Shown in pieces: positions 1-10,200 of a DNA stretch of 35,985 nucleotides. Positions within the stretch are counted from its first letter, which is position 1. Every line of letters begins with the position of its first letter. The notes below the pieces were generated by a model, which worked only from the letters and a program-made list of their open reading frames with translations, did no database searches and was not told where the DNA came from. The translations under genes were made by a program, and so were the position numbers. The stretch is from an uncultured Ruminococcus sp. (GTDB taxonomy: Bacteria; Bacillota; Clostridia; Oscillospirales; CAG-272): contig CAZUJY010000002.1 of assembly GCA_964620565.1 (NCBI GenBank), positions 1 to 35,985 of the forward strand, written 5' to 3'.

Positions 1-1913
<1,913 letters not shown>

Positions 1914-1930
1914 TGTTTATTTTGTTATAG

Positions 1931-1954
1931 AAAAAAGGGCTTTCGCCCTTTTTT
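1931..1954. terminator. Bidirectional intrinsic terminator between convergent genes
   Basis: AAAAAAGGGC-TTTC-GCCCTTTTTT. A GC stem is flanked by an A-tract and a T-tract. Confidence 0.8.
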
Positions 1955-2497
1955 CTAATATTCGTCATCATCCTCGATGGGCATTTCTCTCGCCTCGGCG
2001 GAGTAGACCGAAAGCAGCTCGGCAAAGCCATCGCTTGACTCGATAAGTATCTCCGCACGCTCGTATCTTCCGCTTGTGGTAAGGCGGTAGCTCTCGGCAG
2101 GATCGAGGGTGGGAAGATAGGAGTATTTTACAACGCCCGAGGGGGTCTTATGATCACGCCTCTCCTTCGCACTCTCCTTCTCCACCCTAACGATCTCGGC
2201 AAGTCCGATACGGCAGAGGGTGGTATATCTCTTTCCTATCTGCTGGCGGACAACAAAAATGGGTCTATCAGAGGAGTCGAAGGTTATATCATAGTAATAG
2301 CTGGGGGAGATATACTTTGTGTAGGTAACGAGAGCGGCACACAGAAGGACCACTCCCACAAGGCTGACAACTCCCTTATACGTGGAGATCAGCGTGGAGC
2401 AGATAATAAACAGAAAGGCAAGCAGCATACAGGCTATAAATAGCGTTCTCGCCTTATTATTCGTAGGCTTCGGCTTTACCGAAAATTCTCTTATCAT
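1955..2497 (-). CDS. Hypothetical membrane protein (2 N-terminal TM helices, soluble acidic C-terminal domain)
   Basis: 180-aa ORF with two hydrophobic stretches (LFIACMLLAFLFIICSTLI, VSLVGVVLLCAALV). An extended -10 box (TGATATAAT, complement of 2523-2531) and an AGGGAG RBS lie upstream. I recognise no family. Confidence 0.55.
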   Translation of the reverse strand: MIREFSVKPKPTNNKARTLFIACMLLAFLFIICSTLISTYKGVVSLVGVVLLCAALVTYTKYISPSYYYDITFDSSDRPIFVVRQQIGKRYTTLCRIGLAEIVRVEKESAKERRDHKTPSGVVKYSYLPTLDPAESYRLTTSGRYERAEILIESSDGFAELLSVYSAEAREMPIEDDDEY

Positions 2498-2637
2498 AGT
2501 TATCTCCCTTCCTTTTTAGTTTATTATATCACAAAGGAGAGACTTTTTCAACAAAAAATACAAAAAAGGCCCGAATTCAGACCACGCTCACAGAGTACAG
2601 CCCAAAATCAGACCTTTTTCTTACAATAATGATATTA

Positions 2638-2904
2638 TTAAAAGAGGTTGTCCCTGCCGTAGTACATATCCCGCTTCTCTTCCTCGGTCAGATTGTCAAT
2701 GTCAAGGCCCTGGCGCATTGCGGTCCAGGCACGGTTGGGAACGGGAGGATTAAAGGCGGGAAGCTCGATGCCGGGAGTGTTGATACCCGATACGGCGCCG
2801 GGAGCATCCTTGCGGTAGTTTCTCACGTTGTGCTTTTCGGCTGCTTCGGCGGTTTTCTTCTTGTTATCCTTTTCCATAAAAAGCTCCTTTTGTTTTTTAG
2901 CCAT
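2638..2904 (-). CDS. Small hypothetical protein (88 aa, Lys-rich N-terminus)
   Basis: ORF with sensible composition, whereas the antisense ORF 2629..2943 is Leu/Phe/Cys-rich. AAAAGGAG lies upstream of the ATG. No family recognised. Confidence 0.45.
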   Translation of the reverse strand: MAKKQKELFMEKDNKKKTAEAAEKHNVRNYRKDAPGAVSGINTPGIELPAFNPPVPNRAWTAMRQGLDIDNLTEEEKRDMYYGRDNLF

Positions 2905-3012
2905 TGGCTATGCTTATTTTGTCCTTTTTATGCCGATTTATGAGTTTGGCTTGATTTTTAGATGTGATTATGCTAAACTAGTGGCAGAAAAAATATAAAA
3001 GGAGCATTTTTT

Positions 3013-3903
3013 GTGCTTTACAACAATTTAAGCGGGTATTTCAGAGAAAAATACGGAAGGCGGCTTGGAAAAATCTGTATTGACGGCGGATTTTCCTGTC
3101 CCAACCGTGACGGAAGCTGCGGTGAGGGCGGCTGTATCTACTGCGGTGAGCGTGGCGCCGGCGAGCATATCGATCCTACCGCATCTATCGGCGAGCAGGT
3201 AAGGCTTGCCATTGCGAATGCAGAGGACGACGAGCTTTTCGTTGCATATTTTCAGAATTTCACCAACACCTACGCCCGAGTGGATACACTTCGTGAGAGA
3301 TATGATGCGGCGCTTATCGACGGGAGGATAAGGGTGCTGGCTATCGGCACAAGGCCCGATTGCATCGACGAGGAGATAGCAGAGCTCATCGCATCATATA
3401 AGAGCCGTGTGGACGTGTGGGTGGAGCTCGGACTTCAGACAGCAAGCGACAGAACTGCGGATATCATCAACCGAGGCTATCACCGTGAGGTATTTGAGCA
3501 GGCGATGGCGATACTGAAAAAACACGATATTCCCGTTGTCGTTCATCTTATAGTCGGTCTGCCCGGAGAAAATGCCGAGGACGTGCATGCGACGGTGGAG
3601 TATATCAACCGCTTTGATCTGTTCGGACTGAAGATACACTCGATCTACGTTATGCGTGGCACAAGGCTTGCAAAGATGTACGAAAGAGGCGAGTACACTC
3701 CCCCCTCTCTTGATTATTACACCGAGTGTGCGGTGTATATTCTGACCCATATAAAGCCCGGCCTTACGGTACATAGACTTACGGGAGATTGTCCGAGAGA
3801 TATGCTTATCGCGCCCGACTGGAACAGGTCAAAAAACGAGATAATTAATACTATTGTTTACAAAATGCAGCAAAAGGGGCTGTCTCAAGGCTGTCTTAAC
3901 TGA
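3013..3903 (+). CDS. Radical SAM protein, TIGR01212 (YtqA-like) family
   Basis: GTG start 7 nt after AAAGGAG. The N-terminus has ...KICIDGGFSCPNRDGSCGEGGCIYCGERG..., the characteristic Cys cluster of the TIGR01212 family. A TIM-barrel-like remainder follows. Confidence 0.8.
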   Translation: MLYNNLSGYFREKYGRRLGKICIDGGFSCPNRDGSCGEGGCIYCGERGAGEHIDPTASIGEQVRLAIANAEDDELFVAYFQNFTNTYARVDTLRERYDAALIDGRIRVLAIGTRPDCIDEEIAELIASYKSRVDVWVELGLQTASDRTADIINRGYHREVFEQAMAILKKHDIPVVVHLIVGLPGENAEDVHATVEYINRFDLFGLKIHSIYVMRGTRLAKMYERGEYTPPSLDYYTECAVYILTHIKPGLTVHRLTGDCPRDMLIAPDWNRSKNEIINTIVYKMQQKGLSQGCLN

Positions 3904-3907
3904 AAAA

Positions 3908-3943
3908 AACGCTTGTGCACTTTTTTGTGCATAAGCGTTTTTT
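3908..3943. terminator. Bidirectional intrinsic terminator
   Basis: AACGCTTGTGCAC-TTTTTT-GTGCATAAGCGTT, flanked by A7 upstream and T6 downstream. It lies between convergent genes. Confidence 0.8.
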
Positions 3944-4005
3944 ATTGCTTTTTGCGATAAATTATTGACTCTGCTTAGAGTATTTTTACAAGCAGTATGA
4001 TTATC

Positions 4006-4563
4006 TTAAATCATTTTTTCAAGAATTGTAATTACGTTGTTCTCCAGCTCATCAAAGGACATATTAAGATTGCCCTTAAAGTAATCTACCATTGTATCAA
4101 CGCAGGCGTTGGCAACAAAGCTTATCTGCAGGTGACGTACGGCTTTATTGCTTGAGAGAAGAGGCGACTTTATTTTCTCAAGCACTCGCTTTATGAAAAT
4201 ATGCTTGACCTTATCTACGAAGAACACCGCATCGGGCGAGCCCGCAACTTTTTTGTAAATTTCCTCATTCTCCTTGAGAAAAGCAAATATGCTTCTGATA
4301 TACACACGGTAATCTGCGGTCTTGTCGGCCTCCATGGCATCTATTATGCTATCCAATTCAAAAACAAGCTCGCTCATCATCTCGTCGGCTACCGCATAGA
4401 CGTCCTCGTAATGATTGTAAAAGGTGCTTTTCGCAATGTCAGCCCTCTCGGCAAGCTCGGATACGGTAATGCTGGAGATCAGCTTCTTTTCATCTATCAG
4501 ATCAACGAAGGCGCGGCGGATCATTTTTTTGGTTCTTGTAGAATTTCTATACTCTTTTTTCAT
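4006..4563 (-). CDS. TetR/AcrR-family transcriptional regulator
   Basis: N-terminal HTH (TKKMIRRAFVDLIDEKKLISSITVSELAERADIAKSTFYNHYEDVY). I place the start at the ATG at 4563 (MKKEYRNS...), downstream of an AAGGAT RBS, rather than at the track start 4632. It is divergent from the MMPL gene. Confidence 0.85.
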   Translation of the reverse strand: MKKEYRNSTRTKKMIRRAFVDLIDEKKLISSITVSELAERADIAKSTFYNHYEDVYAVADEMMSELVFELDSIIDAMEADKTADYRVYIRSIFAFLKENEEIYKKVAGSPDAVFFVDKVKHIFIKRVLEKIKSPLLSSNKAVRHLQISFVANACVDTMVDYFKGNLNMSFDELENNVITILEKMI

Positions 4564-4590
4564 ACTTTGTTCATATCCTTTTTTTAGATT

Positions 4591-4619
4591 TTTGGACGAT
4601 TTAAGACGCCGTGTCCAAA
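4591..4619. promoter_or_regulatory. Candidate TetR operator (inverted repeat TTTGGAC-N15-GTCCAAA)
   Basis: A 7-bp perfect inverted repeat lies in the tetR/MMPL divergent intergenic region. A second inverted repeat, TTGACTTT (4646-4653) / AAAGTCAA (4686-4693), brackets the MMPL -10 box. Confidence 0.3.
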
Positions 4620-4645
4620 TTTGTAAAAACAAATAATTTTAGTCG

Positions 4646-4674
4646 TTGACTTTAATATGTGCTTATTATAGTAT
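4646..4674 (+). promoter_or_regulatory. Sigma-A-type promoter for the MMPL operon
   Basis: TTGACT, 17-nt spacer, TAGTAT (with TATAAAAT just downstream). Confidence 0.5.
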
Positions 4675-4711
4675 AAAATCACAAAAAAGTCAAGTTTTTA
4701 AGGAGGTCAAA

Positions 4712-7213
4712 GTGAAAAAAGCCAGAAAGCACTCGGGTACGTTTATACACAGAGTATCCGAATTCATTGTAGACAAAAGATTATTTATCTTCCTGTTTGT
4801 CATCGCCGGTATGATCTTCTCTGCTTTTTCTATAGGATGGGTGGAGGTTGAAAACGACCTGACCGAATTCCTGCCCGACGGATCCAGCTCGCAAATGGGA
4901 GCAGACGTAATGTTTGAGGAATTTACCCTTACGGGTATGGCGCAGATAATGGTTGCCAATATTTCTCTTGAGGACGCATGGGATCTGAGTAAAAAAATAC
5001 AAGAGGTCGACGGCGTACAGATCGTTGTTTTCGGCGAGGATAAAGCCTATTACAACAACGCCTCCGCCTGCTATACACTGATCTTCGATTATCCTCAGAG
5101 CGATCCGAAATGCGAGGCTTCCCTCGACGAGATAAAGGCTATACTGTCCGGTCACGACGCATATATCAGCTCGGATATCGGTAATCCCATAGGAGATATT
5201 CTCGACGAGGAGATTACTCTTATGATCTTGGTAGCGGGTATTATCGTTATAATAATGCTTATGCTCACCTCAAAATCCTTGGTTGAGGTTCCGGTAATCC
5301 TGATAACCTTCTTTGCAGCTATGGTGCTTAATATGGGCACCAACTTCATATACGGCAAAATATCCTTCGTATCGAATTCGGTAACCAGTCTGCTTCAGCT
5401 TGCGCTGTCTCTGGACTATGCAGTCATACTTATTAACAGATACCGTGATTCAAGCAAGAGACTTCCTCTCAGAGAATCGGTAGTGGAGGCTCTTGAAAAA
5501 TCGGTGCCCGAGGTGTTCGGCAGCTCGCTTACCACCGTGGGCGGTCTTGCCGCAATGATGTGCATGCAGTTCAAGCTTGGCCCCGATATGGGTATGTGTC
5601 TTATCAAGGCTATACTCTTCGCTATGCTGTCGGTATTCGCGCTGATGCCCGGCTTACTTATGATATTTGGTAAGGCTATAATCAAGACACAGCACAAGAG
5701 CCTTATCCCCAATATGTCATTTATCGGCAAGTTCGCATATAAGGCGAGAAAGGTCATTACACCTCTTTTCGTGGTGATAGTGATCGCAGCTATGCTGATT
5801 TCCTCCGCCTGCCCCTTCTCCTACGGATACACCAATCAGGAGGCGGCGAAGCTCAACGATCAGACTATGGCGAAGAAGATGATCAGCCAGAACTTCGGTG
5901 CGACCAATATGATAGCCCTGCTGGTTCCCTCGGGTGATTTCGAAAAGGAGGCTGCGCTCCTTAAAGAGCTGGAATCACGTGATGAGGTTGGCAGCACTAT
6001 GGGAATTGCCGGAATGGAGTTAATCGATGGTTATACCCTTACCGACAAGCTGACACCAAGGGAGTTCTCCGAGCTTATCGACCTTGACTATGAGATCGCA
6101 ACCGTGATATACGCGGCATACGCTGCGTCAAATGAGGAATACGGCAGTATTATCAATGATATTTCAAAATACAAAGTTCCTTTAATTCATATTGTAGAAT
6201 TTGCCGTAGAACAGATAGATTCCGGCATGATCGATCTTGAAGGAATCGATATGAGCGGCATTGGTGACATGGCCGGCATGGCAGGAATGGGTGACGTAAG
6301 CAGTCTGCTCGGTAACGCTAAGGAGCTGCTTGACACTGCGCTCTCCATGACGGTCGGCGAGAATTACAGCAGAATGGTGATCTACTTAAATCTTCCCGAC
6401 GACAGCGACGAGACCTTTGCCTTCATCGAGGAGATGAAGTCTATTGCAAGCGACTATTACGATGGCGCTAATGTATATGCGGTGGGCATGTCCACAACCT
6501 CCATGGACTTCAAGGAATCCTTCCAGATGGACAACTTTATTGTAACCGCTGTTTCTATCATCATCGTCCTTATAGTTCTGCTCTTCTCCTTCAAATCAAT
6601 TGCAATGCCCATTATTCTGATACTTGTTATTCAGGGATCGATATGGATAAACTTCTCCATACCTTCGATTATGGAGACCCCCATATTCTTCCTCGGATAT
6701 ACTATAATTTCCGCAATACAGATGGGCGCGAATATAGATTATGCCATAGTTATAGCGACCAGATACAACGAGTTAAAGCACGAGATGGATCAGAAGCAGG
6801 CTATTATTGAGACGATGAATTTCGCCTTCCCCACGGTTATTACCTCGGGAACTATAATGTCGTCAGCGGCGCTTCTTATCGGATATATGTCCTCTGAGGC
6901 GACTATCTCAAGCCTTGGTATCAACCTTGGACGTGGAACAATAATTTCCATTATTCTCGTTCTCTTCGTACTGCCAAGCCTTCTGCTTGTAAGCGACAAG
7001 CTTGTGGATAAGACCAGCTTCAAGCTCTTTAAGAAGAAGAAAAAGGCAGAGGAGATTCACGACGGCAGGGTATACGTCAGCGGTCGTGTAAGCGGTGAGA
7101 TCCACGGCGTGATAGATGGTGAAATTGATGCTGTTATTGACGGAAATGTAAATCTTAATTTACTTTCGGGGCAAATAAATCAGGGAAAGGAGGATGAGGC
7201 AAATGAAAAATAA
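4712..7213 (+). CDS. MMPL/RND-superfamily membrane transporter
   Basis: GTG start 5 nt after AAGGAGG (VKKARKHSG...). There are two blocks of about 6 TM helices, each preceded by a large extracytoplasmic loop, which is typical MMPL topology (LSLDYAVILINRYR..., GANIDYAIVIATRYNE...). The cytoplasmic tail is unusual (see findings). Confidence 0.8.
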   Translation: MKKARKHSGTFIHRVSEFIVDKRLFIFLFVIAGMIFSAFSIGWVEVENDLTEFLPDGSSSQMGADVMFEEFTLTGMAQIMVANISLEDAWDLSKKIQEVDGVQIVVFGEDKAYYNNASACYTLIFDYPQSDPKCEASLDEIKAILSGHDAYISSDIGNPIGDILDEEITLMILVAGIIVIIMLMLTSKSLVEVPVILITFFAAMVLNMGTNFIYGKISFVSNSVTSLLQLALSLDYAVILINRYRDSSKRLPLRESVVEALEKSVPEVFGSSLTTVGGLAAMMCMQFKLGPDMGMCLIKAILFAMLSVFALMPGLLMIFGKAIIKTQHKSLIPNMSFIGKFAYKARKVITPLFVVIVIAAMLISSACPFSYGYTNQEAAKLNDQTMAKKMISQNFGATNMIALLVPSGDFEKEAALLKELESRDEVGSTMGIAGMELIDGYTLTDKLTPREFSELIDLDYEIATVIYAAYAASNEEYGSIINDISKYKVPLIHIVEFAVEQIDSGMIDLEGIDMSGIGDMAGMAGMGDVSSLLGNAKELLDTALSMTVGENYSRMVIYLNLPDDSDETFAFIEEMKSIASDYYDGANVYAVGMSTTSMDFKESFQMDNFIVTAVSIIIVLIVLLFSFKSIAMPIILILVIQGSIWINFSIPSIMETPIFFLGYTIISAIQMGANIDYAIVIATRYNELKHEMDQKQAIIETMNFAFPTVITSGTIMSSAALLIGYMSSEATISSLGINLGRGTIISIILVLFVLPSLLLVSDKLVDKTSFKLFKKKKKAEEIHDGRVYVSGRVSGEIHGVIDGEIDAVIDGNVNLNLLSGQINQGKEDEANEK

Positions 7214-10200
7214 TAAGAAAATTATCAGTCTTTTACTCTCCCTCTCCCTTGTATTTTTGATCTCTGCGCCTCTGTTTTCGCCCATTATAAGCTATGCGGC
7301 GGCAGAAACTATATATATTGAAAGCGCAGAGGATCTTATGGAGCTTTCTCACAAATGCTCCTATGACGCCTGGTCGGTTGGAAAAACGGTAGTTCTCACA
7401 AAGGATATTTCGCTTGAGGGTCTGGACTTTAAGCCTATCCCCTCCTTCAGCGGAACATTTGACGGTGACGGACACACTATAAGCGGTCTTAATGTTTCGG
7501 GCGCTTACTGTCCTGCGGGCTTTATCTCCACTCTTGAGGAGGAGGGAGAGGTAAAGAATCTCACCATTTCCGGAGTTGTCTCCCCTCAGGGTGACAAGGG
7601 ATGTGTCGGCGGTATCGTCGGCGACAATTACGGTAAGATCACCGACTCCCGCTTTATCGGTACGGTAGTGGGCTCGTCCGATGTGGGCGGTATTGCAGGT
7701 ATAAACGAGCTTAGCGGCAGTATTTCGGACTGCTCTGCCTCGGGCGAGATCGTCGGCGAGAACCGTGTAGGCGGTATTGCAGGAACGAATAACGGCATTA
7801 TCTCCTCTGCAAAAAACGAGGCGAAGGTGAATACGGTTGCCGTTAATTCCTCGCTGACCCTTGATGAGATAAATCTCTCTCTTACTCTTGATATTACAAA
7901 GCTTCCCTCCTTCAAGAGCGGCAGTGTAAACGATATCGGCGGTGTGGCGGGTTATTCCACGGGAATTATCCTCGGCTGCTCAAACGAAGGCCGTGTGGGT
8001 TATCCCCACGTAGGCTATAACGTGGGCGGTATCGCAGGCCGCAGCAACGGACACATCAGCAGCTGTCAGAACTTGGCAGAGGTGCTTGGTCGAAAGGACG
8101 TAGGCGGTATTGCAGGACAGATGGAGCCTCATATCAGCTATACTCTCTCCGAGGATCTTCTGGCAGAGCTTAAGGCAGAGCTTGACGAGATGAGCAGCGT
8201 GATAGACGGCGCAGCCAGCTCGACAGGCGGCGGTATTCCTACTATTTCCGCAAGGCTTGACAGCATTCTCGAAAGCCTTGACGGAGCAAGCGATTCGCTT
8301 AATATTCTTATCAACAACGGAACCGAGTACGGCGATCAGTTTATCGGCGAGATAAACAGGCTGGGGGAAATTCTTGACGAGGTCATCTCTCAGCTCTCGG
8401 GCATTACCTCCGACGTTCCTACCCTTTCTACCCTTATCGGCAACAGCTTTGAGAAGCTTGAAAGCGCTCTCGGCAGCCTAGAGGAGATCTCCGCTATCGG
8501 TCAGGATGCGCTGATCGACCTGAAGGACGCAAGCGACGATGCGTCGGCGGCATTCGGTAATATAAGCGACAGCATTACGGCTATTGAAGCGGGACTTTCT
8601 TCCCTGCAGAATTCTCTTGAGATCAAGGATAAGGCGCAGGCAGAGGCGGCTCTCGACACAATACTCGGCGGTCTTTCTGAGCTTACGGAGGGCTTTGACA
8701 GTCTGACAACCGCTCTTGAGGACGTGAACTCGGTGCTTGGAAATGCGGCTTGGGTTGACGACGGAATAGGTCAGCTGTCCGAGCTGGTTAAAATCTTCGG
8801 TGACGTTACCGATTCGATAGCGGAAATATATGACGCTACCACCGTAATCAAGGAGAACCTTGATATAAACTGGAACAAATTTACCGAGGCAGGCTCTTCG
8901 CTTAGCGATGCCGTCGGTCACTTCGCAGAGGCGGCAAGAGGACTTGCCGATGCGATGGCGCTGATGGATCGGGGTCTGTCGAAGATCAGCGACGGACTTG
9001 ATAAGCTGTCTTATGCGGTGAGCATTAAGGATGCCGCAGCCGTGGAGGGCGCTATGCAGGAGATCGGCGCAGGCTTTGAGGAGCTTATCGCCGCATCTGC
9101 GAAGGTAAGCGAGGCGCTTGCTGATATTTCGGATATTATAGCAGAGCTTGAGGCGGGAGGAAACCTCTCTGACCTGTTTGGCGATGCAGCTGACGCTATC
9201 GGCAGACTTGCCACGGCGGGCGGTGAATCGAGCTCGGCGCTTATTAAGCTTTGGGGCGGTGTTTCCACACTGATTGACAACCTCGAAATTGACTACGATA
9301 TGATAAGCGAGGGCGGCGGTCTGATAGTCGGCGGACTTGACGACGTGACAGAATCGCTCGGTAAGATCAGCACTGCGGCAGATGCCCTTGCTGACGGAAT
9401 GACCTCCCTTGACAACGCAATAAAGGCTATCGAGGAGGCTGTTTCGATAAAGGACGAGGCGGCGCTTCAGTCAGCGCTTGATGAGGCATACACCTCTCTT
9501 GGAAAAATAATCGACTCTATGCAGCAGCTTGCGGCTGTTCTCAAAGAGGTTACAGACACCCTTGAGGAAGCGAAGCTCTGGGGCGATGAGCTTATCTCGG
9601 CTATGGGCGGTGTGACAAAGGGACTCTCCGAGATGTCGGACGGACTTATCACCCTTCGTGACGGTGTCGATCTATTAAGACAAAATATAAGCTTTGATCC
9701 CGACGAGGCGGAGGCAGGACTTGACCATATCCGTCTTGGCCTTGTGAAAATGGCAGACGCTGCCTTGAATATTGAGGAGCTGTTCGGCCATTTATCCGAC
9801 GCTCTTGATACGATCTACGAGGCTGGCGATACCCTGCCCTCTGCCATAGACGATCTTGAAGGTGCTGTTGGCTATCTTGCGAACGCAATGGCACTTCTCT
9901 CCTCTATGTCGGAAAAGATAGACGCACTTGTGGGCTATCTCGACGGAGTTGACCCCATTCAGCTCCCCACCCCGAGCGCCGCTATCACCGAGGAGGCAAA
10001 TAAGCTGTTTATCTATATTTCGGCTATTGAAAACGAGCTGAAGGCTCTTAACTCGGATATTACCTCCCTCTCCTCCGATCTCGTGGAGAGAGTGGGCAGA
10101 CTTAACGTCATTATGACCAAGATCAGCGAAACGATCGTTGATACTATCTACGGTATCGATGACGGCGAGCTTATTGACACAAGCGTTGCCGAGAGCGAGA

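Noticed and set aside
4564-4711. N-terminal extensions offered by the ORF track (TetR to 4632, MMPL from 4646, TpiA to 26093, nuclease from 13060, MTase-fold from 14159, desulfidase from 17334, small ORF from 19006)
   Set aside because: In each case an internal ATG or GTG with a properly spaced GGAGG-like RBS coincides with the conserved family N-terminus. The extension runs through promoter or intergenic sequence.
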